A stretch of 64,000 bases of DNA from Mobula hypostoma (taxonomy: Eukaryota): NCBI RefSeq assembly GCF_963921235.1, contig NC_086100.1, forward strand, positions 160,952,001 through 161,016,000. Reading direction: 5' to 3'. The notes under the pieces are model-generated. The model did no database searches, was not told where the DNA came from, and saw only the letters and a list, made by a program, of their open reading frames with translations. Both the position numbers and the translations under genes were made by a program. Shown here one piece after another: positions 49,066-62,335 of this stretch. Every line of letters starts with the position of its first letter. Within the stretch, counting starts at the first letter, position 1.

Positions 49066-49593
49066 TATATATATATGTATATCTAGGGTGCCTAATACAT
49101 TTGTATAGTACTGCATTTGTCAACATGGAGCAGAGAATGAGTTTGTAAATCTGGCAGGAGCGAAGGATGTTGGGAATGGTGAGGGTGGAGCGCCACAGGA
49201 GAGCTGTTGGACAAGTAGCAGAGAAAGGAGTGCCAGGGGCAGGGTGTAGGGCCAGTGCAGACACACACTGACCTGAGACACCAGGTAAGGTCTTTCGATT
49301 CCAAACCATTGGTTTAGTAATCATTACAGAATGTCTCTTAGGTTCTTTTTTCTCCCTCTCTCTCTTCCCCTTTTCCCAGCCATGATTCCCCTCTCTCTGC
49401 TCCTTTCCCATCTCAATCAACAGTAGAGACCCATAGCAGAATCAGGGTTATCATCACTCATATACATCATTAAATTTCTATTTTTTGTGGCAGTAGTACA
49501 TTGCAATGCATAAAATTACTACAGTACTGTGCAAAGGTCTCAGGCAACCTGGCTATATACTGTATATGTGCCCAAGACTTTTGCACAGTACTG
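49066..49593. mobile_element. Second copy of the Tc1-type composite element (left end eroded)
   Basis: Right terminal hairpin TA|cagtactgtgcaaaggtct…agacttttgcacagtactg|TA (49522-49593). Body homologous to 25810-26230. Confidence 0.78.
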
Positions 49594-51034
49594 TAAACCT
49601 TTTTTATAGCTGGAAAATCTATTCCCATTCATGCTGCCTGTCTCCCAAGAGCTTGTTCTGATGTACAGGGTGTCCATAAATCAGGTGTTCATAATTCAAA
49701 AAGGCCTGCATTTATATTTTTTTCAATGAGGTTATTTACATTTTTATGGTTAATTTTTCTTTGTATTTTAGACTTTATTTCTATAGTAATGTTCATATTT
49801 TAAATGTTTCATTTTAATTAATTTGGTCCATGCTTCTGATTGTGAGAGCCATTCATGTTTTTCTGATAGGTTTAGAAGCTGTTTGTCATATTCTACAGTA
49901 TTTCAGCATTTTCATGAGTTGGGCAAACAATTGAGATGAATCACTGAAGCCACGATGAACTGATGGTGGAGGACGCTAAAGTTTGGGTGGTGGGTAGGTG
50001 CCATCCAAGTTTTGCCCTGTGTAATGTTTAGCTTCTTCAGTGTTGTTGGAACTACCCTGTGTGAAGATAAGTGGTTTATTCCCTCTGGATGATGGGATGC
50101 CTTGAGGACTCAGGTGAGTCAGGTAGAGCAAGTTTGCTGATGTATTCTTATTGCTAATAGTATTTGTGGCACTATTTACTTCACAACCAACGGTGATGGT
50201 GGGGAAGTCAGCAATTGTAATGGAATTGGATGTCAATGATAAGAGGCTGGATTCTTTCTTGTATCTGTTCTGTGAATTGACAAAGACTACCCATGTTGAG
50301 AAAGCTAGTGATAACATTTTCTAATACACAGAACCAGTATCAATGTCAAACTTCCACAGTTTGACATATTAAGGTAGAAACTTTTGGTATGAATTCATGG
50401 TGTTAAAGGCACCCTCTTCCCAACAGTGAAAGAACTATGAGATTCAATATATCTTGCTGTTCCTTCGAAAAGAGAAAATTGTGCATAAAGTGTAGGGTTT
50501 AAACCAATACAGTCAATCTGTCGAACGTGCCTTCATTTTCTTGTCTGTATGCCCAGAAGGAATCAAGCAACAAGCAAACTCTTTGTCTAACTACCAGCAA
50601 GTTTTGATTGGCTGGTGCATGCAGTGCTAAGGGATATAGTTTACCCTGATAAAGTTCATGAGTGTTTCAGTGCAGATTTAAACGTGTGATGTTTGAGATG
50701 TTGGAGTGGCAACAGAGGAAAAATGCATTGATCCAGAGGCACAGTTTTAAAATCCCACTTACAGGTGCTGAGGAATTTAAGTTCAAATAATTTAGTGCAG
50801 CATTAAAAACCTGGTATTAGCACTGGTGCCCATGAAACTACCAGCTTACTGAAAACCTCCTGGCTCATGAATACCCTTTAGGGAAGTAGATCTGTGGTCT
50901 TTTCCTGTTTAGGACAACTCCAGGTCAACCAATAGAGATGATCCTACTGAGTTCATGAATTAAGAGTTATCAGCTAATAATAATACTTTTTTAAACATGA
51001 CAACATTTGTAGATGCTATGATGGTCAAGACTTT

Positions 51035-51440
51035 AGAACATAGAATATCTAACAGTACAGCACAGGTTATTCGATCCATGACGTTGTGTTGAACTAATTA
51101 TACACTTTACTAAAGTAACCCCTTCTACCTACACAATGTCCATAACCCTTCCTTCTCTTGCATTTTCATGAGCCTATATAAGAGCCTTTTAAATGCCTCT
51201 GTCATATTTACCACTATTACCATCCCCGGCACTGCATTCCAGGCACCCACCACTCCCTGTGTCAAAAAAAACACTTCTCTTTTGAACTTATCCCCTCTCA
51301 CCTCAAGTACATGCCCTTTAGCCTTAGACCTATTTCAACACTGGGTAAAAGTCTTTTCCTGTCATAATCTTGTTAACTTCTACCATGTCTCTCTTCAGCC
51401 TCCAGCATTCCAGAGAAAACAGCACACGTTTGTTCAAGCT
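51035..51440 (-). mobile_element. Old CR1 3' fragment
   Basis: tagaacatagaa…cagtacagcacagg…gcattccaggcacccaccactccctgtgt. Confidence 0.8.
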
Positions 51441-51834
51441 CATGTTTATTGATGAAATGTTAGTCAAGACTTTAGGTAACTGTGCATGTGTGAGAGAAAA
51501 TGCAGAAGGAGAGAAAGGTCAACCTTTGATAGATATGTCAGCAGTGTAACTAATCAACATTGAGTAACAGATCCACTTTGAACCTGAGAAAGACTGATCA
51601 GAATAATTTCCAGGTAGTAAGAACTTTGTAAAGAATCAGAGAGATTTAATGGATGACGGATGGGTACAACAAATATATATTATTTATATGTACAAAGTTG
51701 AGCTAAAAATTAAATCTTGTGGTATGGAATATTTCCTTATCGTAGATTATGAGACAAGCTAATTTTAAAATATTCAAACATTTGTTAGGGTGGAGAGAAT
51801 TGAACTCAGCCTCATGTTGAAGATAGCGGAGCAC

Positions 51835-52215
51835 TGAATCAGAATCAGGTTTAATAGCACCGATGTGAAATTTGTTATCCTTGATGCAGCACGCAATGCA
51901 AAACTTAATAGATCAAAAACGTGAATTATAGTACTGTACACACACACACACACACACACACATATGTGTGTGTGTGTGTGTGTGTGTGTATAAAACAAAT
52001 ATTATATAGTTAAATTAAACAAGCAGTGTAAAACTAAAAATAAAAAGTAGTGAGGTAATATTCATGGGCGCAATGTGGGCTCAAAGTCCATACAGAAATT
52101 GGATGACAGAGGGAAAGAAGGTGTTCCTAAATCATTGACTGTATGCCTTCAGGCTTCTGTACCTCCTTCCTGATGGAAGAAATGAGAACAAGGCATGACT
52201 TGGGTGATGGGGAAC
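51835..52215 (-). mobile_element. Rex1-type 3' fragment containing a palindromic microsatellite
   Basis: gaatcagaatcaggtttaat… collinear with 16646-16950. Confidence 0.8.
51937..51990. repeat. Perfect 54-bp palindrome ta(ca)12-ta-(tg)12ta
   Basis: Centre catatg at 51961-51966 with symmetric arms. Confidence 0.95.
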
Positions 52216-52480
52216 TCAAACCAGATTTTCAATTCTTGAAAAATAACTGGGAAGTTACTTGTAAAGTGTATAATAGTGATTAAATGATTAAAACTGAAAA
52301 TTATGCAGGCAGCTTCTGTAAATAGAGAAAATTGTTCATTACTAACATCATAAGGTTTGAAATGAAAGAAGAGCTTTAGAAGTTGAGGTAATCATGAATG
52401 TCACACAAATGAAGGATCACAACTTTTTCAGTGGATGGTCGAACAGAACCAAAGGCTTGAGTCCTTCTCCTGTTTCTGGA

Positions 52481-52672
52481 GACACAAATGACTGCAGATG
52501 TTGGAATCTTGAACAAAATATGAGCTGGTGCTGTAGGAACTTAGCAGGTCAGGTAGTTTCTGAGGAGGGCGAAGGACAATCAACATTTCAGGTGGAGACT
52601 TTTCTTCTGAAATGTTGATCGTTTGCTTCCCTTGACAGTTTCTGTTTGACCTGCTGAGTTCCTCGAGCAGCT
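52481..52672. mobile_element. Old PLE pLTR fold-back remnant
   Basis: aggaacttagcaggtca / tgacctgctgagttcct inverted, and aacatttcag…ctgaaatgtt. Confidence 0.72.
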
Positions 52673-53384
52673 GACTTTATGCTCCTCCTTTTTCTGCTTT
52701 TCTTTCTTCTTGGTCCTGGCTTTAAAATAGTCATATTCTTTTTTTCATTCCCATGCCTTTCTTGAATCGAATGCTTATCCATTTTAATACATAACAAGAT
52801 CTACTTTCTTTTTTATTTCTAATATAAATTCCATACTATATTATGCTGTTTTCTGTGATATTGTCAAAAGAATTAATTCACACTACCAGTGTGTTTGACG
52901 TTGGCAACATGATTATAATCAAAAGGATTTAATATTTTTAGCTTGTGAAATTAATATTTTGAGACATATTAAAAATGAAGTTAATTTTAACTGTACATTC
53001 ATAATTAAATTAAAATTCAGAAGTTAATTCATGCATTTGTAAATAAAACCTGTCAGACTCCAAACTGAAGAGAGCTTCTGGTAACTAGCCTTTCTACAGC
53101 TAGCTGCTTTGCTGAGCTGTTTTTATTGCAGGGATAATTCCCATATTTGGGCATTTAGTGCTTTGGAGGTAGTTTTCAAAACCCATGGTTCTGTTATGAC
53201 ATGAATGAATGGCATCCAAAATCAGGGTCTGGAGGGAATGCATCACATAATTGACAATTAGAGGGAATATATTACATGGGACTATATTACAGAATGAATA
53301 GTTTTCATTGCTGTTTGTCCAGAGCCTCACCTGTTGCTCTTGCTTCCATGATCCAGCATCCTCTCAAATCAGATTTTGTCTTCA

Positions 53385-53660
53385 TCTTTTTCAGGTTCTT
53401 GTCATTTCCACCTATCACCTCTGAGCTTCTTGCATCAGCTCCACTCTCACCATTTCCTCTCCTTCCTCTCACTCCCCACTCAGTTGGATCCACCTATCAT
53501 CCACCAGCTTTGCTCTACTCCTTCCTTCCACCTTTTCATACTGAGAATCCCTTCACTTTCTTTCCAGTCCTGTTGAAATGTCTCAACCCAAAACGTCAAC
53601 TGTCCATTTCCATAGATGCTGTTGAAGATCCAAAGTTCCTCCAGCTCTTTTTGTGTTAGT
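53385..53660 (+). mobile_element. Old PLE 3' UTR + pLTR
   Basis: ccagtc ctgttga aatgtctcaaccc aaaa cgtc aactg (decayed hammerhead) …catagatgctg…agttcctccagc. Confidence 0.75.
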
Positions 53661-54183
53661 GTTAATTGTTGTGTTCTGATGACGGGCAATCGAAAGTAAA
53701 GCCTATTTTTCTCCTTCCTGCTGGTGCTGCCGTACCTGCTGTGTTTTACATTTTTATTTCATTTCCAACATTGCTGTTTGTTTTGTATTAATTATATTTA
53801 GGAGAGGAATATAGAGTGGAAGAACAGAGAACAGCAAAGTAAGAACGTATTCACGTGGGCAATGCCTGTGTGGATGAGTTGGTTGATTAGTTGCATGGCT
53901 TGTCCATTTTTCCTGTTGGAATTTCTATGTAATCCTATTTTGCAGAAGTACCTTCTTTGCAAGAGTGGTTCCTTCAAACTCTTTATAGTCCACAGCATCA
54001 AATGTAAAGAAGTGGCGAGGAAACAATTACTTGAAGTTAGTTCTGCATGGCAGTGGTGAAACCATAGTGGCCACCCATGGCCTTATCCTATTTATGGAAA
54101 ATAGTCTATGCATTGTAGAAACCATCTGCATCTACATAATGTTCATGCATGGATAGATGCCATGAAATAATGCTCGCAATGGG

Positions 54184-54235
54184 CAGGGGTTCCAAAACTG
54201 GGGTCCACGGCATAAAAAAAGGTTGGGAACACATG
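54184..54235. mobile_element. 52-bp hAT MITE with 8-bp TSD
   Basis: gcaatggg (54176-54183) / gtaatggg (54236-54243). TIRs caggggttccaaaact…ggttgggaacacatg. Confidence 0.8.
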
Positions 54236-55644
54236 GTAATGGGTGTTTTTATATCCATGGATGCTTATCAGTTGCAGCCCAATCCAATCTGCAGTACAAA
54301 ATATAACTGGGGAGAAACTTGCTTGTAAGACATTACAATTACATTTTCAGTGGAATGATCCTTAACTAGAATTAGAATAGAATATAAATGGAGAAAACTG
54401 AGCCTCAAAGTGCAAAGCCAGATCTATTGAGTAAGAGGAAATTTTGTACATTTGTCTTTGTGAAGTGAATATCCTTTCACATGTCCCAGCATGGACTACT
54501 AAAATTAATTAAGAAGAATTGGATTCATAAACCTACCCATTTTGAATTAATTAGGTCCTTGAGGCAATACAAGTGGGTCAGTTGGATTACATTCTGAAAA
54601 CAACAGATCCTTAAACAATTCATGTGAAAGTTTAGATTCTATGACTCTCTTGCTCTTGAATGTACTAGGTTTGTTCAGGGACCTGGAATTCATCTGTGTT
54701 GGTGGTGGAAGCAATGTAGTTGATGATTTCAACAAAAAAAAATTCAGATAGGCGGTTGAGGGGAATAGGCTTCCAGAGTTACAAAGATCAAGCAGCAAAT
54801 TGGATTGAGCCGTTTACCCCACAGAGAGCCAACATGTAATCAGTGGGCTGAATCATGGCTTTGTGTTGTAGAGACTCTGTAAAACAATGTGGAACCATTG
54901 TGATTGAAAGAGTCAAATGCTGTGTACATTCTATGTTTTGTGTAGCAACAGTTGCATACAAAATCCAATCTCACTAAGATCAGTCAATCCTTGTTTTATA
55001 ATGACCCAGCTCCTATTAGTGTACTGAACACAGCGCATAGAGAGAGGTCTCTGAATGATATGGTGGATCGATTTGGACCCCATCAATCAGGTGCAATCAT
55101 GAGGAGTTTGGTTTGTTTGAACCATTACACCTCATTAATGTCCTACTGTAGATGGTTGGCATCTGCTCAGCAGTTCAAACTGGATAGCATGGAGGCCACA
55201 GCTGGGGTAAATAAGGGGGAATGGCCCCGGCACAAGATAAGGATAGTATGGTAGGAATGGCTTTGGAAAAGTAGAACATGATCAGGGAAAGTCAAAGTTA
55301 TGGACAGGTCCAAGGATACCTGATGGTGTCTAGAGGATTCATTTAGCTCTTTTTGGCCCACAAAGGCTCTGGTCCATTTTTGGGCATTTTTGGGTCTCTG
55401 TGCCCATCTTCATCACTCCACTAAAAATAGAAGCAAGTTTCATTGACAACATCATAGCCCAGTCTCCATATTTAAACAGTTCTACCTATGAGTATCTTTG
55501 AAGTTGCATTCAGAAGGTTCAAGCGCAATTATGCTTTTCGATATGCCTGATTGCCACAGCTATAGCCCTTTGCAGTGACAACTTTAACCTTGCCTGGGAT
55601 GTCTGCCATTAAAGTTAGCCAAAAACAGATGAGAAGACTCTAAA

Positions 55645-58600
55645 TGGATACCCGCATGGTTTGATGCCTCCCAGGTGCTAGGGTCCGAGATGTCTCTGAC
55701 CGGCTGCACAACATCCTGGTATGAGAGGGAAAGCAACCAGAAGTCGTGATACATGTTGGCACCAACAACATGGGCAGGAAGAGGGATAAGGTCCTGAAGT
55801 GTGAGTTTTGGGAACTAGGCAGAAGGCTGAAGACAGGACCTCAAGGGTGGCGTTCTCAGAATTGCTGCCAGTACTACGTGATAGTGGTGGTAAGAATTGG
55901 AGGAGATGGCAGTTGAATGCGTGGCTGAGGAGTTGGTGCAGCGGGCAGGGTTTTAGATTTTTGGATCATTGGGATCTCTTCTGGGGAAGGTGGGACCTGT
56001 ACTGATTGGATGGACTGCACCTGAATTCGAGGGGGAGCAATATCCTTGCAGGTAGGTTTGCCAGCATGGTACAGGAGGGTTTAAACTAATTTGCAAGGGG
56101 GATGGGACTTGGAGCGATAGAGGAGTGGAAGAAGTGCATGGAGTAAAGCCAGATCTAACATATCGAGAGGCTTTGAGGAAAGAGAAGCAGAATAAATGGT
56201 GTAAAGACAGTAGAGTAGAAGGGCTGAAATGTGTGTACCACAATGCAGGAAGCATCAGGAACAAAGGTGATGAACTGAGAGCTTGGATACATACGTGGAA
56301 TTATGATGTAGTAGCCATTACAGAGACTTGGCTGGCACCAGTGTAGGAATGGATTCTCAATATTCCTGGATTTCAGTGCTTTAAAAGGGATAGAGAGGGG
56401 GGAATAGGGGACAAGGGGTGGCATTACTGGTCAGGGATACTATTACAGCTACAGAAAAGGTGGGTAATGTAGCATGATCCTCTTTTGAGTCAGTATGGGT
56501 GGAAGTCAGGAACAGGAAGGGAGCAGTTACTCTATTGGGAGTATTCTATAGGCCCCCTGGTAGCAGCAAAGATACCGAGGTGCAGATTGGGAGGCAGATT
56601 TTGGAAAGGTGCAAAAATAACAGGGTTGTTATCATGGGTGACTTTAACTTCCCTAATATTGATTGGCACCTAATTAGTTCCAACGGTTTAGATGGGGCAG
56701 AGTTTGTTAAGTGTGTCCAAGACGGATTCCTGTCACAGTATGTTGACAGGCCGACTAGGGGGAATGCCATACTAGATCTGGTATATTAGGTAATGAACCG
56801 GGTCAGGTCACAGATCTCTCAGTGGGTGAGCATCTGGGGGACAGTGACCACTGCTCCCTGGCCTTTAGCATTATCATGGAAAAGGATAGAATCAGAGAGA
56901 ACAAGAAAATTTTTAATTGGGGAAGGGCAAATTATGAGGCTATAAGGCTAGAACTTGCGGGTGTGATTTGGGATGATGTTTTTGCAGGGAAATGTACTAT
57001 GGACATGTGGTTGATGTGTAGGGATCTCTTGCAGGATGTTAGGGATAAATTTGTCCCAGTGAGGAAGATAAAGAATGGTAGGGTGAAGGAACCATGAGTG
57101 ACAAGTGAGGTGGAAAATCTAATCAGTTGGAAGAAGGCAACATACATGAGGTTTAGATGGGCCAGATGGGTCTATTGAGGAATATAGGGTAGCAAGAGAA
57201 GAGCTTAATAAGGGGCTGAGGAGAGCAAGAAGGGGGCATGAGAAGGCTTTGGCGAGTAGGGTAAAGGAAAACCCCAAGGCATTCTTCAATTATGTGAAGA
57301 ACAAAAGGATGACAGGAGTGAAGGTAGGACCAATTAGAGATAAAGGTGGGAAGATGTGCCTGGAAGTGAACGAGGCCTTCAATGAATACTTCTCTTCGGT
57401 ATTCACCAATGAGAGGGAACTTGATGATGGTGAGGACAATATGAGTGAGGTTGATGTTCTGGAGCATGTTGATATTAAGGGAGAGGAGGTGTTGGAGTTG
57501 TTAAAATACATTAGGATGGAGAAGTCCCCGGGGCCTGACGGAATATTCCCCAGTCTGCTCCACGAGGCGAGGGAAGAGATTGCTGAGCCTCTGGCTAGGA
57601 TCTTTATGTCCTTGTTGTCCACAGGAATGGTACCGGAGGATTGGAGGGAGGCAGATGTTGTCCCCTTGTTCAAAAAAGATAGTAGGGATAGTCCGGGTAA
57701 TTATAGACCAGTGAGCCTTATGTCTGTGGTGGGAAAGCTTTTGGAAAAGATTCTTAGAGATAGGATCTATGGGCATTTAGAGAATCATGGTCTGATCAGG
57801 GACAGTCAGCATGGCTTTGTGAAGGGCAGATCGTGTCTAACAAGCCTGATAGAGTTCTTTGAGGAGGTGACCAGGTATATAGATGAGGGTAGTGCAGTGG
57901 ATGTGATATACATGGATTTTGTTAAGGCATTTGACAAGGTTCCACATGGTAGGCTTATTCAGAAAGTCAGAAGGCATGGGATCCAGGGAAGTTTGGCCAG
58001 ATGGATTCAGAATTGGCTTGCCTGCAGAAGGCAGAGGGTGGTGGTGGAGGGAGTACATTCAGAATGGAGGATTGTGACTAGTGGTGTCCCACAAGGATCG
58101 TTTCTGGAACCTCTACTTTTCGTGATTTTTATTAATGACCTGGATGTGGGGGTAGAAGGGTGGGTTGGCAAGTTTGCAGATGACACAAAGGTTGGTGGTG
58201 TTGTGGATAGTGTAGAGGATTGTCGAAGGTTGCACAGAGACATTGGTAGGATGCAGAAGTGGGCTGAGAAGTGGCAGATGGAGTTCAATCTGGAGAAGTG
58301 TGAGGTGGTACACTTTGAAAGGACAAACTCCAAGGCGGAGGTACAAAGTAAATGGTAGGTTACTTGGAAGTGTGGAGGAGCAGAGGGATCTGGGGGTACA
58401 TGTCCACAGATCCCTGCAAGTTGCCTCCTAGGTAGATAGGGTAGTTAAGAAAGCTTATGGAGTGTTAGCTTTCAAAAAGTCCAGGGATAGAGTTTAAGAG
58501 TCGCGATGTAATAATGCAGCTCTATAAAACTCTGGTTAGGCCACACTTGGAGTACTGTGTCCAGTTTTGGTCACCTCACTATAGGATGGATATGGAAGCA

Positions 58601-59050
58601 TTGGAAAGAGTACAGAGGAGAATTACCAGGATGCTGCCTGGTTTAGAGAGTATACATTATGATCAAAGATTAACTGAGCTAGGGGTTTACTCTTTGCAGA
58701 GAAGGAGGATGAGAGGAGACATGATAGAGGTATGCAAGAGATGAAGAGGTATAGATAGATTGGACAGCCAGTGCCTCTTCCCCAGGGCACCACTGCTCAA
58801 TACAAGAGGACATGGCTTTAAGGTAAGGGGTGAGAATTTCAAGGGGAATATTAGAGGAAGGTTTTTAACTCTGAGAGTGGTTGGTGCCTTGAATGCCCCG
58901 CCTGAGTCTGTGGTGGAGGCAGATACACTAGTGAAATTTATGAGACTACTAGACAGGTATATGGAGGAATTTAAGGTGGGGGATTATATGGGAGGCATGG
59001 TTTAAGGGTCGGCACAACATTGTGGGCCGAAGGGCCTGTTCTATGTTCTA
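55645..59050 (+). mobile_element. Near full-length CR1 LINE: ORF1 esterase remnant + ORF2 APE and RT, inactivated
   Basis: LPGARVRDVSDRL…VVIHVGTN…LNAWLRSWC…GFRFLDHW…DGLHLN (SGNH-type), then NAGSIRNKGDEL…ITETW…MGDFNFPNIDW, a 369-aa RT ORF 57249-58358 (KFADDTK) and the 3' end ggccgaagggcctgttctatgttcta. Several stops and frameshifts. Confidence 0.97.
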
Positions 59051-61144
59051 TTAAAATCTGAGGCCAGTTCTCCTGCACTCTTTTGGGAGAGCATCAACTA
59101 TTTTGATCTTGACTCTTAAAGATTTAACATAAGAATAAAAGTAGAAATTCAATTAAGCTGTTCTGCCTCTCTTAGCTAATCTTTTACCTCAGTAGCAGTT
59201 GCCCATTTGAAAATCCTGCATCTGCCTGTCTCGGAGTTGAATATATGAAGCCCTTTTAAGTGGAGAAGTGTAAAGATTCACTGGCTTGTGAATAAGGAAG
59301 TTTCTCCTCATCTCTTTGGTTTGAAACTGCCTGATGGTTCTAAACACACCAGTCATTGGAAACATCATGTCGACACAAAGGACTGTAGGTACTGAAATCT
59401 GGAGGAACAAACAGGATGCTGGAGGAACTCAGCAGGTCAAGCAGCATCTGTTGGAGGAGGTGGGGAGGATTTATCAGTGGTTCAGGACAAGACACCGTGA
59501 CTGGGCTAGAAGACTTCATCCTTGCATCTACAGTCACAGATCCTTTACCAGTCATGTGCATTTCAAAGAAATCACCTCCTGTTGTGTAATTGTGTATGTT
59601 TTGACCCTTACGGGATGCTGTCAGGCTTCCCTGTGTGTTTCACATTGAACGTGGTTAAGAGGGCATTCTGGATAGATGGCTTACAAGCAAAATAAACAGC
59701 AGCACGTTTGTTCCTCACCTCTCTGTCTCCCATGTGTGTTATTCATGGCCACCTGGATTCCGAGTACCACAAACATAACACTTTGCATGCTTCCAAAATC
59801 AAAAATAGATCTCATCTGTTTTACCTCTACTCGTGTGTTAAAAACACTCTCAAAGGCATCTACCTGGTAAATCTTTGCTGAACTCCCTCTATCACATATA
59901 TATCCTTCCTAAATAAGGGAGACTATACTTGAATATAATATAGACACTAGAGAGAAAAGGAAAAATCCCGATGCAGAGTTCTGACCAAAAATATTGACAA
60001 TTATTTTCCTCCCATTGATGCTGCTCGATCCACTGAGTTTTTCCTGTAGATTATTTGTTGCTCCTGAATCCAATATTCCACATGTTGTCTCACTGGGGCA
60101 CAATACAATTGGAGTAAGATTACTTTTGGATTCAGATCCTCTTGCAATATCGGCCAATGGACCTAAATGTTTTCCTAATTGCTTGCTGAACCTTGTGTGT
60201 TAATTTACAAGGTTATCAAGATATCTCTAACACCTGGTCTTAGAAGTAACATGTAATGACTGCACCAAATACTAACATTTATGAATGTGATGTCTTTGTA
60301 TGTTGTGCTTTTAAGGATACTTGCTGCTCTATTAGTCAGCTGCCCCAGAACTCCTGCACAATGTCATAGTACTATGTGTTTCCAAGAATATAAGAATTTC
60401 CAGGGCTACTCTCATTTAGTGGCTTCCACTGCCTTCCAACCTGAAAATGCAGAAGTCAATTACAAGAGGTACACATGTCTGCACATTCATTGAATAATGT
60501 ATTGGCTTGGAACAATTTAATTCTAGATATAAGTGGTGCATACTGAAAGAAGCTGTCAGAAAACATCCAAAAATTATTTACCTTATGAATAAAATAGGTC
60601 ATGTAAAAATATAAGGGAATCGTTCAGCCAGTTGCGAATGGTACAGAAGGCTATGCAGAACTGAGACATTGGGATCCTTAGCACAGTTCCTTATTGTAAA
60701 GTTGTGTTTTGGGCACATCTGAATCAGGTAGGATCTTGGTAAAATTTAGTAAATGACAGCCAAATGTGTGAAATTAATACATATTTAAGATTAGAAGAGG
60801 CAATTTACAAGGAGATGTGTTGGAAAAGATTTTTTACAGGCAGAGGGTGGGGTGTCTAAATGCACTGCTGGGGGGTGGGGTAGCAAAGGCAAATATGATA
60901 GGAACATGAATATTCAGTGATATGGATATATAGGCAAATGGGACTAGTATAGTTACGCATTTAATTACAACTTTAATTAATCTTGTACAACATTGTGGGC
61001 AAAAAGCCCGTTGTGACCATCTTCTATCATTTAGGTACAAGTCTCATTGTTAAGACCAAGTGTAACTGAACTGCCTTCCTGAACCATTGCATTCTTTCCA
61101 TTGACCCAACTTGATTGGAAAGTATCTGCTTCACACAAAAATCA

Positions 61145-61862
61145 TGTAGTCTCATAAATTTAGATATCATTTGTTAGATTTCTCATTCTTAACCTGTTAA
61201 GTGTCCACAGTTTCGTTTCTGTGAGCGTTACCATATGACGTATGCTGACACAATAAAAGAAATGTAGATATAGTGCTGAGAGGGAGTCGAAGGAAAGAGA
61301 GAGAGAAGACTGCAGACTTCGAGCTATCCGGGAACAGCTCACGATCGAGAAGGGTAAAGTCTAATGCTAACACATACCAAAAGAATTGGGTTAATCAGCG
61401 GCACACTGTGCATTGTGGAGACATGTTTGTCCTTTGTATGATCCATGGGTGTGGATTTCGTGACAGTCACTTTGTGAAATCGCTCTTCATGGATTTCGGA
61501 ACAGTATTCCTCGGCTGGGATCTTCGGTAACCATTTCTTCGTTCGCTAGCCATGGAATCTTTGGAATTTATCGTGATCGCCTCGTAGTTGCATTGTGAAT
61601 CCACAAGTTTCTCCTCTCACCTATTTTGTGAATTACTGGGACTCTCTGAACTGCCACTTTAAGACTGTGCTTGAGTAAGATTCGTTAAGAACAGGTTCTA
61701 AGTTTGACTGTAAGGGAGCTATAGATGCATAACACTGTTAACTTCTGTTTAAGAAAGTAGTTTATTTAATTTTCTATATTTTTGAGTAGATATAAATAAA
61801 TATAGTGGTTTTAATATTAAAACCCGACTCAATTTGTCATCTCTTGCTGCTGGTACGTTACA
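61145..61862 (+). mobile_element. Probable solo LTR (~718 bp)
   Basis: TGTAG…TTACA termini, locally CpG-rich interior, AATAAA at 61795-61800 about 60 bp from the 3' end, flanks aaatca/gaatcg (possible decayed 6-bp TSD). Confidence 0.65.
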
Positions 61863-62054
61863 GAATCGTAACAAACCTTTACCAAGATCCTCCCTGACTC
61901 AGATGTGCTTAACTACTACCTTGCAATAGGAAAAGTGTGTCCTGATGTCCAGTTCTTTCACAGCCTTATTTATTTCTTGCAACTGGCTTAATGATGTCCC
62001 TTATGTTTTTACATGAACTATTATATTCATAAGGTGAACAATTTGCTCCTCTGT

Positions 62055-62335
62055 ACAGTAGCGCAACACTGTTGTGTGACACTTACAGCTTGGGGTGTTC
62101 TGGAGATTGGAGTTCAATTCTGGTCCTGTTCTGTAAGGAGTCTCTGTAGGTCCACCCATGGAATGCATGGGTTTTCTTCGGTTCCAAAGATGTACCCGGT
62201 TGGTTAATTGGTCCATTGGAAGTTGTCCTGTGATTAGGTTAGGGCTAATCATATTTGTCAGGGGTTGTTGGGTGGGGTGACTCAAAGCGCTGGAAGGGCC
62301 TTGCCCTGTGCTGTATCACTAAGCAAATTAACAAA
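62055..62335 (+). mobile_element. SINE with tRNA-like head and CR1-like tail
   Basis: ggagttcaattctg B-box-like motif, gcatgggttttcttcgg…ttccaaagatgtaccc…gttaattggtc core, ggaagggccttgccctgtgctgtatc tail. Confidence 0.7.

Noticed and set aside
57249-58358. 369-aa RT ORF as a domesticated or active gene
   Set aside because: It is an internal piece of CR1 ORF2 bounded by stops and frameshifts on both sides.
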